Assembly: GCA_000934665.2 (NCBI GenBank)
Contig: KZ538535.1
Location: 1-64,000 of the forward strand
Origin: Catajapyx aquilonaris
Lineage: Eukaryota
Reading direction: 5' to 3'
DNA length: 64,000 nucleotides
Numbering within the stretch: the first letter of the stretch is position 1; each line of letters begins with the position of its first letter. The notes under the pieces were generated by a model. That model worked only from the letters and a program-made list of their open reading frames with translations. It ran no database searches and was not told where the DNA came from. Both the position numbers and the translations under genes were made by a program. Below, in pieces: positions 50,764-64,000 of this stretch.

Positions 50764-51737
50764 AAAAATTAAACTCAATTAGTGTTTTTCCTAGTACAAT
50801 ATGTAGAAGTCTGACATTACTGATAAGAACAGCAATACCGCGAGGCACTTAAATCTCACAGTTGGCAACGAGAGATACATTGAACTCGCCTAATTCATGG
50901 GGTACACTGTACAAGGCTTAACAACTATAGGAACCGGTTCCCTCACCTCGTAAAACCTTGCGTCCCTGGCACATACGTGGCAAATACATGGTCTCTGGCT
51001 CAATTCGTGGCGGGAACAAGGCCATTTCCCCATGCATTTTCGATACCTGGCGCATGTTTCATCAACTAGGTCCCTCAGCTTCCAGCGCCTTATTTTGCAG
51101 AACAGGATTACCAGACTAATATATTGTGGAGGTCCCTCCATCTGGTGATTAGATGCAGAAACAGATTTTAGTTTGGATTTCATCATGGACATATTGCAAG
51201 AAAGTACATTCCCCGTCAGGATTAATTCCTAAGGAATAGTTTCATATTACCATAATTATGCAAATAAATTGCTCCGTTTCAGGTAAACTGAATTGGGCAA
51301 CTACTTATACCGTTCTGTAACTCGAAGTTGGCATTTCCTTACCTTAATAAGCTGTGTTCAGGTTCACCAATATCTGAAGTATTGAGTATCATTCCTGCCG
51401 CAGGTGCTGTGAATGTATAAAACAGTCAGACTTTCTCTCCGCCTTTTTTTTTTTTGAACATATGCCTAAATCCGCATATAAAACGATTAGGTTCACATTA
51501 CAGTGCGTGTAAGCTTGCGTTACGAACCATGCCTGTGTGTGATTAAATGAAATTATATTGTCCACTGGATTCACAAGTAGGTTAACTCGATTTCTCATAT
51601 TCTGAGGAAAACTAATTTAAAGCTTCAGTGCTATTCAAAATATTAACGGATTTGAGTGACAATTCTTTTTTTTTTTGCTTCCACATTACATTGCCAAAAG
51701 TCACGCGCAACTTACATTGCCTCATTACACTGCACGT

Positions 51738-52093
51738 GGGGAGGCGGAGTGGCGCTGCGGTAACGTATGCGCCCACGGATGTAAGGGTCCCGGGTTCGAT
51801 CCCAAGCACGGGCATTCCCCCTTTCATCTCGTGCAGAGTTCGGGGTCATCTATGGCTTCGTCTCGAGGGGAATCTCCGCTAGACTAACCACCCGGGGGAG
51901 TTCACAAAATGACCGCAGCAACGACACGCGACATTGCGCTGCACCTTGCACATCCCCTCCCAGTCACTCTGCCCGCGGACTCGGGCACTTCGTCGAGACA
52001 AAATAAAACCTGTATATCCTTGCTGAGGAATACAAGGGTCCATGCGAAACCCTTGTGAGGGTATGCACTACACCCATTATTATTATTATTATT
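51738..52093 (+). mobile_element. tRNA-derived SINE
   Basis: A box TGGCGCTGCGG, B box GGTTCGATCCC, 3' stem-loop and (ATT)n tail. Perfect 14-bp TSD ATTACACTGCACGT (51724-51737, 52094-52107). Confidence 0.92.
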
Positions 52094-53288
52094 ATTACAC
52101 TGCACGTTGGTTGCGTTGGATAAAAGCGAAAAAAAATGTACATATTGTGAGGTATGATTGTGAGGGTAATAGAGGAAGTAAAACTATTCGTTAGTAGGCC
52201 AGTGGCATTTTTAAAAAATACCGTAGTTCTTTACCTTTCTATGCAAACGTTGTCTGGCCAATTTCCTGGTTTGTTTTCCAGATAGTTTGTTTCCATAGCG
52301 TAGTACAGTACCATGTTAGGCATGTGAGTTGAAAATGTGGATAACTCGATTTTTTTTCCAAAATTGAGTTAGCCACTTGTTGAATCCACCGGACGATGCT
52401 GAATGGTCGTTATGAAAAAATAATCTGTGGAGCAGTTAATTGCAGGAAAAACAGCACGTAAACGAAGCGAAACGGGCTGCGGACTTTGAAGTGGTCAAGT
52501 TAGTCACCGCACACTCAAAATCCGATGTTACCGGTTCTTCCAAAACGTAATCGGTTAGGTCAGAAGCGATAGAGTTTCTACATTACCCTTCCTTCTGTAT
52601 ACTGCATATGGCCTTATGCAGCACCCAGGACCTCCTTTCATCCTACCAAGGCAATTCGGGGCAAAAGTTGACTCTGTTTGGTGTCTCTTGATTCTTGCAG
52701 GCCTAGTCATTTCCAGAATTATCCTTGAATTCCCGGACTGAGATTGGATGCTAGCACAGATAACCCTGTGTTCATAATCGCAACAAAGAAAGTGGGGTGG
52801 AAGAACGGTGCAGTTTCAAGCTCACCTACAAAAGGCATGCCATTCAGACTTGGGTGGAGAATAGGGGGTAATGGGTGCAAGAGGCCAGCTAATTTCCCTG
52901 AGCCTCAATCTCTCCAACCATTGCCAGTCGTGCCCCTCCCTCTCCCACCTCCCTTCATTCCTCCCTACTGAACACTCCAACCCAAGAGTCATGCATTGTT
53001 TCCAATGTTCATGCGACTCTTCCTTCATACTCCTTTTGGGCGATGATACTCTTCATGAATGCTGTTTGCCTGTCATAAAAAACATTATGTGTACGAGCCG
53101 CCATGTTGCTGGGCACAATCCGCCATGTTGCTGGGAACAATCATGAAGTTCATTTTTGGTCGCATAGAGGCGGGGTAAGCTACTGGTACCTATACTGGTG
53201 CCCTCTCTTGTCTGACAAATGGTTGGTGACTAAATAATGAAGTTTGTGTCCGCTGAGCATCTTCAGGACCTTATACTATTTGTGAGCG

Positions 53289-53553
53289 GTAGGGCGACAC
53301 GGTGGCCGAGTGGTTAGCGCCGCAGCCTTCCACCTCTAAGGTCCCGAGTTCGATCCCCGGGTCGGACGGAAGATACTTATGTGGATAGAGTTTCGATGGG
53401 TTCTCTCCGTGTTCGCGTGGGTTTTCTCGGGCATCTCCCGTTTCCTCCCACTATCAAAATCCATCACATTACAAGCAAATGATTAAAGTCGGTTATTCGA
53501 AAGATGATCCCCTAAGAGGCCCAAGGGGCCTATCACGGGGTATCCATCATTAT
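53289..53553 (+). mobile_element. tRNA-derived SINE with a V-domain-like core
   Basis: A box TGGCCGAGTGG, B box AGTTCGATCCC. Core GTTCTCTCCGTGTTCGCGTGGGTTTTCTCGGGCATCTCCCGTTTCCTCCCAC. 3' hairpin ending ATCACGGGGTA. Perfect 15-bp TSD TACTATTTGTGAGCG (53274-53288, 53554-53568). Confidence 0.92.
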
Positions 53554-55640
53554 TACTATTTGTGAGCGATAGCCCCACATATGCAAGTCTGCAGATTTTC
53601 CTCAACTAGCACAGTGTGTCACCTGAGCTTCTGTGCATCGAATGGCTGAAACAATGGGGGAACATCCTAACTAGTGAGATAAACTTGTTTCACTCCCGGA
53701 ACTGGGAGCAATTTTGGCCTCAGTGAAGTCACTTTGAACTTGGTCGCAAAATTAGGCCCAGTACAGTTTTGAAAACTCGATCGTACACCGCGTTTCGTTT
53801 GGCAGAAAAATCTCGGGTTGCCTAGAATAACTAGGGACTTGTTTCAGAATTTAATTTTCTGGTCAATTTCACTTTGTAGATGTTGCTATCATGTGCAGAA
53901 AATGTGAACCCTCTCCCACTTTGTTCACTACATGCAAAATAATTTGACAAAATATGAAGAACGTTCCAATGCATAATTTTCGAATCCAGTAGTTACCGTA
54001 TATTACTACCATAGTGCATACAATTCACCTAATACACTCTGATTATTCCGGAATATTTTTTTTTTGCACCAAAGATATTCAGTCCAATCACAGTACACCA
54101 ATGCCAAAAACCCCTTTCATTTTGACCCCATTAGTATAATTCAATCCATGTGTCGAATCAGAGTGGAGCTGGTCATTGACCACATACATTATCACTCACA
54201 GTAGTTAACATTCCCAACAACGAAACAGTCCCCCAACTACACACATTCGCCGGCACCCAGGAAAATTCTCCGTAACATTCCTGCACTTTTTTTCCGCTCT
54301 CCTCGTTCCCAGAAATTCCGGCCAACTCCATGCATGGGAACATTCGAGCATTTTCAAGGGCCTCTCCCCTCCCCTCCCCTGTCCTCCACGAACAGGAATA
54401 ATAATTATTATAACAATTCTGTAGTAGCGCAGAGCTGTAAAAGCACTCCCATTGCCATAATAATGCGGAGGGACGAAACAATAAAAAAAACGGCGGGGGA
54501 GTGCCATTACGCTGCATGTAGCGAGTTCACTATGTTTAATACTCAACTTAATTGAATAATGGGGAATAAATTCTATTGAGAAAGGGCAAACTATAGCGGG
54601 TAATTCTGGTTGCGTTGGAACTAATTCAGTGCGCCACAATGTTGATATTCAGGGTGGAAACTAGGGAAGTCCCTGCTGATTATCGGCCAGTGTGTACTCC
54701 ATTTGTTTTGTTTTGTTTTTTTTGGAGTTTTTTTACCGCATAATAGGCCTAGAAGTTCTGGGCTGTCAATGCTCTACATGTTGGCTGCGAAAGTAGTGGC
54801 TATGTATACCCTTGCTTGTACCACTTGCATTGAGGTTCACTAGCTCAGTGCCACAGACAGATGGAGTGTTCTGTGGATAATGGTGTGGCATTTTAGATAA
54901 GATGGTTGTTGCATAAAAGTAATTCGTTGCATTTTCCGCTCATCATTATCATCATCATTATTAAACTTTTAGATAATGCTATTTTGAATTGCCTCTTTGT
55001 ACATAGTAAAGTTTCTTGTATTGGCAATGATATATGGCAACAAATAATGTTATTCAATTATCATTTAAAGCGCACTGAAGTATAAACCAATCGGATGCAT
55101 TTATCTGTGCATAATTTATTTCAGGCAACCGCGGAAGGGGCGTAAACCTACTTCGTCCGAATTTAAAACCCTGTTTGGACGGAAGCGGAAACCCCAAAAT
55201 AGCGTGTGTGCATATTTTACACTAATCGTCTATAAATGGTTTTTTCACTAATTTGTTGGACTTATACCTACGAAGGTATATGTGAACTGATTAACTCTCC
55301 CTTTCTCTGCTGACTAACTTGAGTTATGAATCAGTGACTCTATTTTAGATTAAGTAGTCTACATTTGGTCACCTTTCCAGTTCTTTCTGCAATCAAGAAA
55401 ATTTTTAAACATTGCTTGGATTGAACCTGCTAGAACCTGTATATGGAGATGGAACGATCATCTCCACATGTCGGGTCATGTTGGTGCCAGCTGTAAGTGA
55501 TGCGCTCGGATGATAAGGTCGATAAGGGTGACTAGAGCACGCGATGTCGACTCGTTTGCGCCAGCCTTGCAAACCGCCGGAATAGCATATAAATGAGCCT
55601 TGTAACTCTTTAATCAATCTCTACCTGCGATCATCTTTAC

Positions 55641-55880
55641 TATAACTGAATTTTTTATGAGAGCAACCGAGTGCGCAACACAGTTCGCGCAAATTGTTTC
55701 CAACACTACGCTTAAGGGGGTAACAATATGGCCGACTTTTACGACGTTGCCAAGGTTCTTAGAGGCTACCGGTATGAATTTGGCTCCTGAGGAGTAACTG
55801 CGGCAACGTTGTTGTCTGAACAGTGGACTTGCGCGAGTGTGGGTGCGCACTCGGTTGCGCTCGTAAAAAAATTCTCTATA
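55641..55880. mobile_element. Old MITE with ~50-bp imperfect TIRs
   Basis: TATA..GAATTTTTTATGAGAGCAACCGAGTGCGCA...TCGCGCAA mirrors TTGCGCGA...TGCGCACTCGGTTGCGCTCGTAAAAAAATTCTCTATA. Confidence 0.75.
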
Positions 55881-57408
55881 CGTGTGCAACTAGGCGGTTA
55901 TTATTTCGCATTTCAACGTTTCATACATTTCTGTAAAAAATAATATATTGTTGGATACCCTAGTGACATCATCTCATCAGCAGGACAATCGTCTACATAT
56001 CGTATCCATTATAAATAAAGAAAGAGCTGACCTAGGCTAAGAGGTCAGCTGCAGTTCAATGAATTGATTGTAATAATAGGTATTATATCCAGTGTGAATT
56101 TTTTTTTGACACGAACCTATGACTAGACCGTGGCGAATATCCTGGCTGATCAATGAGAAAAATGTCGCATTTTTCTTCCCGTCGTGACTGTCCCCTCCCA
56201 CCGCCCCCCTCCACATACACCTCTGTCTGGAACGACAACGGGACTCAAAATGTATGAGTTGATGATAGTGTTTTATGACTGCGGTATAAACGGTTTTTAT
56301 GCCAGGAACATCTGCCGTGCGCACACGCCTGAATAATGAACGCAAATACAAATTATGATGGCGGACAGGAGCAATTCTGTGTGAGGCTGCCTTGCTTTTC
56401 TTTTTCTACAAATTATTACGGGACGATCCACTGAGCTGCGCAACGGACCACACGATCCCACCACTTTGGCTTGCCTTTGTCGGCCACGGGAAAAGACATA
56501 TTATCCACCCATTTTTTTTTTTTACCTTTCTTCCTACTGCATGCAAGTGTCAAGCCTGGTTATGAACGTGAACATTATGTACTGTACACACAGTTGACTA
56601 GCTATGTGGTCAGTTAGTAGTCAACAAACTTGGTGTCATGTTCATTACATGTGGACAACTCTATAGCATACACATAATTAGGAGCAATTAATAGGGCAAT
56701 GTAGACTAGAATTACATATTTTTCCTCTAAAGTGCTGTACAGATGGGTAATATGAGAAAGTCGTTGATGTGCCAGTTGAGTACATCAAACCAGACATTAG
56801 TAATGATAATACATGTTTTATGAAGAATGAAATTTTCGGAACTGCAGGGCTTGTGGTGGTTCATTACGAGTAGGGTGTGTGCTTGGAGCAGCTCTAAAAT
56901 TCCTCCATTGAAACCAAGTTGTGAGAGGGGGAGGGGGGGGGGTTGGGGAGAGAGATCGCGAGTAGTCCGAAAATGTTACTTCTCCACATCTCTGCGGACA
57001 CTATAGTTGGATCTGCAGTCAACTGACGCCAGGCGATTTGCTTCACCTATTCTGCCTTGTATTTGCAAAGTGCTTTAGCGTGTAACCCCTCTCCATTTCC
57101 TCTGATTCGCTCATTGCGGGCGTCACATGTGGCTGCTACCCTATGTATCCCTTTCAAATTACTTAAGTACCACACCAGGTTTCCAGCAAGAAAAGAAAAA
57201 TACCTGTTAGGACAATGAACTTTGAGATTCTATGTACAGTACTGAACGATTCGTTCCTCTTTGGGTTGCACATTGAAAGGAGTGCCTTGTCGTACATTGT
57301 GAATTGCAAGGGTGATTACCCATATTATAATCATATCTGGTTATATATCATTTAGAGCTTCCATTCTTTTTAGGGGGGTATTCGGTCTGCTTATGTTAAT
57401 CCCACCTT

Positions 57409-57511
57409 AAAATGTGTAATCGAGCATCGGAGCATTGTTATGGTACCTTAGATTTGAATCCCCGCGAGACACTACACAGCTGCGTCTTACGAGAGACAAC
57501 TACTCCTATTG
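57409..57511 (-). repeat. Inverted copy of the dispersed repeat at 26974-27074
   Basis: The reverse complement aligns over ~100 bp with scattered mismatches. Confidence 0.8.
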
Positions 57512-58525
57512 CTAGCTACTTGTGACAATTCACGTATTTAGGTGAAAAATGCTCCCGGACTCAACGATGGTCATTGGCTGTTGACAGGGTGTGAAATACA
57601 CATTTCTTATCCTGATCTCATAGTGTACATACTCTATTAGGACTGTACGGTATCCCACTTGCCACGTTCTCATCCGGACTGGCTCTCCTCCCCTACCCTC
57701 TCTCCATATTGATTTTTCCCAGAAGTTATTAGCATAGTCCCAAATGTATACTCCTGTGTACTGTATTGTTATATGTACGAGGCTGCCCCAGAAGTCATGA
57801 CCAGTATTTATTCTCTTGCCAACTTCAAAACATGAAATGCATTGTGTGCTGGCTGCACTGGTTTTGTACTATAGAATTCATATTCAGCATACCACCCATA
57901 TAGACAGATAATTATTTATTCTGCCTATAAAAAATGAAACACTCCTTGCTATTAGCTGATCAATAATACGTCTTCGTTTCTCACCTATTCATACGAAACT
58001 ATACCGATACCAAGGCCTTCTTATTTAAGGAACATGCCACGCCTTTTCCCACCCCTCGACCCCAATTCACATCCTTGATTGTACCGTTGCATTGCTATCC
58101 AGAAAATAATATGTAAGAATTAAAGGGTTGGACTTAGCAAAAAAAAAAAAAAAAAAACGAGCGAGAGATTCCGTGTTTTGTCGACAAAAATGCAATTCCC
58201 TACGTCTAAAAGGAAACGAAAATGCTGCATTAAGTCAGAAAAACGAGTATTGTAAACCCCCCTTTTGTTGGTTTGGAAGAACTATAAATTAATAGGCCGA
58301 GTTCAGGCTAGATGGGAAATAGAGGTGTGGAAAAACCTAGTAAATGTGATCGCGTGTTTGTACGTCGTGAGAAAAAATATATATAAAAAGGCTTAATACG
58401 CCACTGATTACGGGACTGTTACCTACCTTAATGCCTATATTTTCGGCATTGGATGTTCTTAGTAGATGACCCTATATATATTCTTAGTAGATTGGAAAAT
58501 ATTTATCGTCTTCCCCCCCCCCCCC

Positions 58526-58596
58526 NNNNNNNNNNNNNNNNNNNNNNNNNNNNNNNNNNNNNNNNNNNNNNNNNNNNNNNNNNNNNNNNNNNNNNN
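58526..58596. other. Assembly gap (71 N)
   Basis: Run of N after a poly-C tract. Confidence 0.99.
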
Positions 58597-59077
58597 CTCA
58601 ATTATGCTAATCACGTGGAAAAGGGGGAGGGGTCTTAGTTTGAGGCCAATTTATTCGGTCCGGGAGGAATATCGGTGCAGGGGGGGGGGGGGAATTAGCA
58701 TGTGTGAAAGGGTGCTTCAATTTATCACATTGGTGTATTACTAATTGCTCAATACAGGCGCGTTACTTGTAGGACGGAACTTTGCGGAACTTTGAACCTG
58801 GTTTTTTAAAGAGGGAAATTACCACTTATTTGGATCCTAGTTTTTTAGCCTTTGGGGTGAATCACAAGCGGAAGAAAACTTGCGTGCGCGTTAAAAAAGG
58901 CAAGGAATTCTGGGAGAGACCGCAGAAATCAACCCATAGTTCCACATGTAAATTTGGCCTTTGTAGGTGTGTCTCTGATCCTCGAGCAGTTTCAAACGTA
59001 TTCAGGTGCTTCTAAGTATAAGGATTATGCGTGTTATTACGGGTAATTTCCTGAGAGGCGCATAAAATTTGGGCTAA

Positions 59078-59377
59078 TTACAGGAGACAGCCTGTGCTGG
59101 AGGAGATGATGCGTGATTTTTCTTCATTCTTCTTAGAAGTTACGCCCAATTCACTATGTGTTAACACGAATGGACCTTCCCACCACATGTGTAACTTACT
59201 GTGGTAAAATTGAGTACGAAAGCATTTCATCGATTTTCTACCAAGGATGTACTTTAGAAGTTTTAAAAAGTGATCATTACTCACTCCATCTTTATATTTG
59301 TTTAAAACCTTTGCACCTTTGAAAGTGTAATTAAGCAACTTCCATTCCACGAGTCTGCACTGTTTCCTGGCTTCCAT
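59078..59377 (-). mobile_element. Possible decayed Ty3/Gypsy integrase C-terminal fragment
   Basis: The ORF contains SKLHMWWEGPFVL, resembling the KL...W.GP(Y/F) module. No catalytic motifs or LTRs seen. Confidence 0.45.
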
Positions 59378-62300
59378 TGATCAGAAGCTTCGTCCGGAGG
59401 GAGAGATGTTAAAATAATAAGGGAAACAGAAAACGTGACGTCCTAAAGGGTATACGGATGCTAAGCCTCACGGAGCAAAAGCTTACGAAAAGCTCAGAGA
59501 ATTTTGACCTTTTCTGAGTACCGGTGTTTCATATCTGCTGAGCTATGTCAGGCTCAAATCATTTCGACCGAGGTGCTTAGACAAGCAAGGTACCTTTTAC
59601 ATCAGTCACTCAAAGTCATTTCTCTTACATACTACTGCCCCTGTGTAGTTTTTCAATGGACGTAGTTGAGATGCCTGAGATTTTTTTTTATCCAGCCTTG
59701 TTGATAGAAGGTTGTGGGAGAGTGATGGAAGCGTAAAGTGAAGTCCCATCCAATCTCGTGGTAGGGGTAGGGGAAAAAGGCATTTCTATGGATCGATGTT
59801 TACGGCGTGTTGTGCACACTCTGGCCTGCATTCGACATGACGACAACGCCGCGACTTCTTTCATTACAGTGATTGACCCATCACGTGACCCATGCAGCTG
59901 CACCCAGGTGATTTCCCTAAATTGGGAGGTTTTTTGGGGGTGGGTGGCTGGGAGAGAGAAAATTTCTGCCCAGTTATCTTTGTCCTAGCTCGTGTATTGA
60001 CCCGTGCATGATGATACCAGGCAGTCAAAAGAGTATGACTTGACATCAGCCGAGGGCTTCGGGCACATTTCGATTCCTGGTGCAAAAGCAATTTGTCAAC
60101 AATGTTGCAGCGTAATCTCGTTAAAGCAGGTTCCACCGAACCACGCGGTCGGATCTCCGGGGGTGTCATATAATTTCACCTGTTTACAGCCCTGGAATCA
60201 ATCACGTGGTTATGTCCGAGAGACACCAGGGGACATGACGGTAATTAATTCTCGGAAGTATTCACCCCCATCTAGTCGAGTGACTCTTCTGAGACACTCT
60301 CAGGAAGGGTGTGACAAGGACCAAATCTAGCCCCTCATATCCCCTCCCACTTCTTTCTCGGGCCATCCAACAGATTATGAAGCTGTCTTCTAGGGTGAAA
60401 CTCCACATCAGAACCTCTAAATGCTTCCCGACACTCTTGGAGAAAACTTAGAGACGAAGAGGGAGTTGTGTCACGCACGACTTAACGGAGGTTCATGAGA
60501 AGAATCTTCTGAAGACTTTCAGGATGACGGACTTCCTACTGACTACTGTGTCATGTACCGGGTGTTTCATAATTAAATCTCATATCCGTATTGCATCAGT
60601 TCTCTACTTTCCACTAGAATGTAGTCTGTTCAGAGACTGCCGCTCTTTCTTTTTAGCTTCCCTTCCTTTCCCTCGGGATTGACCACCCTGCAATGTAGGC
60701 TATTCACCTTGCCACCCTGACATCGTTCGGAATGTCAATCGGTGCTCGCTCCACTTAGGAAATGGCTATTTAGTCTGGGGGTGAGTTGGGATGGTGCGGA
60801 CTGGATGTGTCAAAGGCAGAAACCAACATTCTTTCCGCACACTTTTTGTCACTTTTGTAAACAGCAGTACGCGATATTCCACTGGAAACGTCAAATGCGC
60901 AACATTATTATTATTATTGTTATTGCCTGAAATGTACTGAGTGCAGAAGGCAAAGAGAGGCAAGGGTATAGGTATGTGGAGTGGAAGTAGCAATCTGTAG
61001 AAATGAGCAAGGCATCGTCCCTTGGAGTCCTCCAGAACCGTTGTCACTGCCCTCTGGTCTTGCTTAATCGTGAAATACTGCGGTCCGATAAAATTTCCCT
61101 TTGCGCCAAAGAGAAAGGGTAGATTATAATTCAAAAACACTCCCGCATCGGAAGTCAGAGATAAGAGGAAAAGACAGTATTCGTCGTCCCCATGCGGTAG
61201 AGAAAGCAAGTGGAAGAGCAATAAGGGACCTCCGTTCCTTTTATCTCTGGCCCAACTCGAGTTGGACGGAATGCCGAGAGGATGCTTTTTGGTGGTTTAG
61301 GGGGTGGAGGGCGGGTGGGTTGCTGGCATAGAGAGGAAGAAGACTGAGGATGGGGAAGAGGGGGAAGCGCAATTGAACTACCAGCTACTGTTCCGCTCCA
61401 CCAGCAATCAAACATCCCTAAGGCAGACATTCTAAGCATCCAAAAGTCAGGGACGGTCATAAGGCAACCGAACCCTAGGAAGTTCCAATCACCCTCTGAT
61501 TCAATTAACAAAACTTACACAATCTTTGTTGATAGAAACTTGATTTACAGCCTGTTTAATATAAGTCAGCCAGTGCATAAACGTGCCAAACCAGAAGAAG
61601 CATGGATCTAATCACAATACATGACAATTTGCCATTTGGCCACGACATTCGCATACATCAGCAGCATTAGTAATATTAACCACTGAAAGGGATGATTCTG
61701 GCAGTTTTCCCCGGCACTTTCAATTCCAACCCGACAAGTTCCGACTCGCCCATGGGACCATTACTGAAAGACGTTTCGTCGATGCTTCCCTCGCACGACA
61801 CCCCCTCCCGCCTCTCCAGAAACGCGACGCGACGAAATCAGGCCAAACGCAAAATATATTGTGGCTGCTCAAGTAAGTCCCTCGACGACAGGATTTTCTC
61901 TCAGCCTATACTGGACACTTCCGGTCCTGTCAAATTGGTATCTGCGTGTGCTGGAACAGCCTGAAGGAAGATCAACCCTCTCTTCGGCGCCTCCCTCCGT
62001 CTCGGGATAACCTACTTTGAGGGTACCAAGATCTAATTTCAACTTGGACAGAATTCACCATCGATTCCTCCTCAGTGCGTGTCAAATATATGCGTGGTCA
62101 CTGAGCACCATCTGCCAGCACCAGTCGATACAAGTCATAGGAGTTTCAATGCAGAAATATCAGTCCAAAAAGTGGGGCTACTTGATGAGTGATTTTTGGG
62201 TAATAACTGTTATGTATAAGAATGTATGGTCATACTCCCTGGAACTCCAGCTCAGCCCCTTGCCTCCCCGTATCCCTTTGGGCTAGTCAGGCGTTATATT

Positions 62301-64000
62301 ACATGCTCGGCTGGCTGTGCGGCACCAGACTTAACCCCAGTCCACCATTAATGCTAATGTAATCCATCCCGTGAAGCCCTCCCTCCATGGCCCTCCCTCC
62401 CTCCCTACCTTCCCAACCAACCTCCAGCCCACCCCCTGGACTCTCCCCACGTACAAACTTGACATTAATCATTAGTGAGTCCTCATTATGTATCCACTAC
62501 GACTCGGTCGCATTTCGCAGGACAGACTGTCTGAATTGCCCTCGTGGGAACCTCGGATAATACCCCATTCTTGGTCATTCCGACGAATTGAGCGGCGGTG
62601 ATAGCTTGGGCTAAGAGATAGGAGGGGCGTGATCTTTTCACCTGATCCTTGGAAATTTGGTTGTTATGACCCATAAGGCCCTGCACTTCGCCATTACTGT
62701 AGTAGGTCTGGTGCACCGCAGTCATGACCGGGGCTTAGTACTGTAGTATACTGGGACGATTCAAAATCGACAATATATGTTCCAGTCGGGCGGTGGGAGG
62801 TGAGGCTGGGAGATGGATCCCGTCACGTCGATTCGAATTGCCAACCAAAACTTTGCAAAGCCCAGGATTTAGGGGAAGAATTAGCACACATTGTGCCCTA
62901 GTCTTCTTTCCAAACAATAAAAGGTGCTGCACAAACTAGTGCCAGGATATCACTATTCGTACTGGGGGGTCTGAAAATAGGGCTATGTCGATGCATTATG
63001 TACCGGTCCCTTCATGCAATGTTTATATTAGTTTACGTGCCAGACCTTACCGAAAAATCAATCTCACCTATGGTCACCTTATCTGAGCAGGCGTCGTTAC
63101 TTTTCTGCAACGCAACAGTTGGTATACCTATATGCGTCTTAACGACTCAGATAATACTGCGCTCTCTCTCTCTATCCACATAACTTTAAAACTTGATATC
63201 GTATTTTACATTAACACCTATAGCGATAAGCTTTGGAGGCAGTATTCGCCAAAATATCAACCAGAAACGTCCGGGGTTGATCTATAATTGGCGCAATAAA
63301 AGCAGCATTGACAACACGCCATAGTTTTATAACCCATGGTAATACCAAATGCTTTATGGCTGAGTATATATATTTTTTGTTCCTCTCCTCCTAAAATGAG
63401 GCACAGCACCAGGCAACAATAAAAAAGCACTCTTCCTTCATCATACCTTAGGGGCAAATAATTTCCTATTTGATTATGCAACTATCAATAATTTTGGGCC
63501 TTATCGCATTTATAATTGTCTGCATTCGTAAGATCACGCAGAAGTTGGTGGAGCAGAATGGAAAGTTGCCGCCTTGAAATTATTGGCGCGAGGTTTTACA
63601 GCCCCCCAAAATAAAATGCTTCCCGCCCCCGAAACGCCGATTCGGCCAGTCACCCTCAGCCTAGTTCCCAATGCCACAGGACAAAACGAATGCTTCTTCT
63701 GTACGCTCCCATAGGTCCTCCCCCCAACCCCTCCTTTTGCTCCCCCCAGCATGTTTCGCCTCCTTCCCCCACCCACAACTGCCTTCTGTGTGATATGTAG
63801 GCTGCAGACCAACTCGCCAAGTCTCCCAATTGCAACTTTATAAGATAACGGCCGCTTTCACGCCGATTCGCTTTCGAATCAAATAAATTCCCCCATTACG
63901 CTTTCTCTCTCTGCCAATGGGCCTAAGATAATGTTTTTCGTACCATGGGTTTTTTTTTTTACACCAGCTTCCACCAACTTTTCAGGGTGACATTGTGAGA

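Noticed and set aside
60004..60330. ORF containing VPP...YNFTC, considered as a further Ig exon
   Set aside because: Lacks the Side Ig3 GSRP/ITWW motif, convincing splice sites and the codon bias of the true exons.

Overview
This is eukaryotic (animal, most likely arthropod) genomic DNA and is almost entirely non-coding; most ORFs in the supplied track are spurious. The only host coding sequence I can support is two phase-1 exons on the + strand (24442-24555 and 30522-30731). They splice into one complete Ig domain matching the second Ig domain of Sidestep-family (nephrin-like) cell-adhesion proteins, so the rest of the window is probably large introns. These contain a rich set of mobile elements: a decayed, intron-containing THAP/P-element transposase (- strand, ~1741-4945); at least five complete tRNA-derived SINEs with target-site duplications (TSDs); many MITEs and foldback elements; a non-autonomous Helitron; LINE/LTR remnants; and tandem repeats. 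The most notable observations are: (i) four SINEs with different bodies share one 3' stem-loop whose pairing is kept while its sequence changes; (ii) a CTAT...ATAG MITE family that targets and regenerates GTAC sites and shows mirrored changes in its two arms; (iii) a Helitron inserted exactly inside the terminal repeat of that MITE; (iv) duplicated mini-exons and a foldback inside the P-element gene. I found no CRISPR array, operon or intact new protein system. All calls come from reading the sequence by eye, without database searches.
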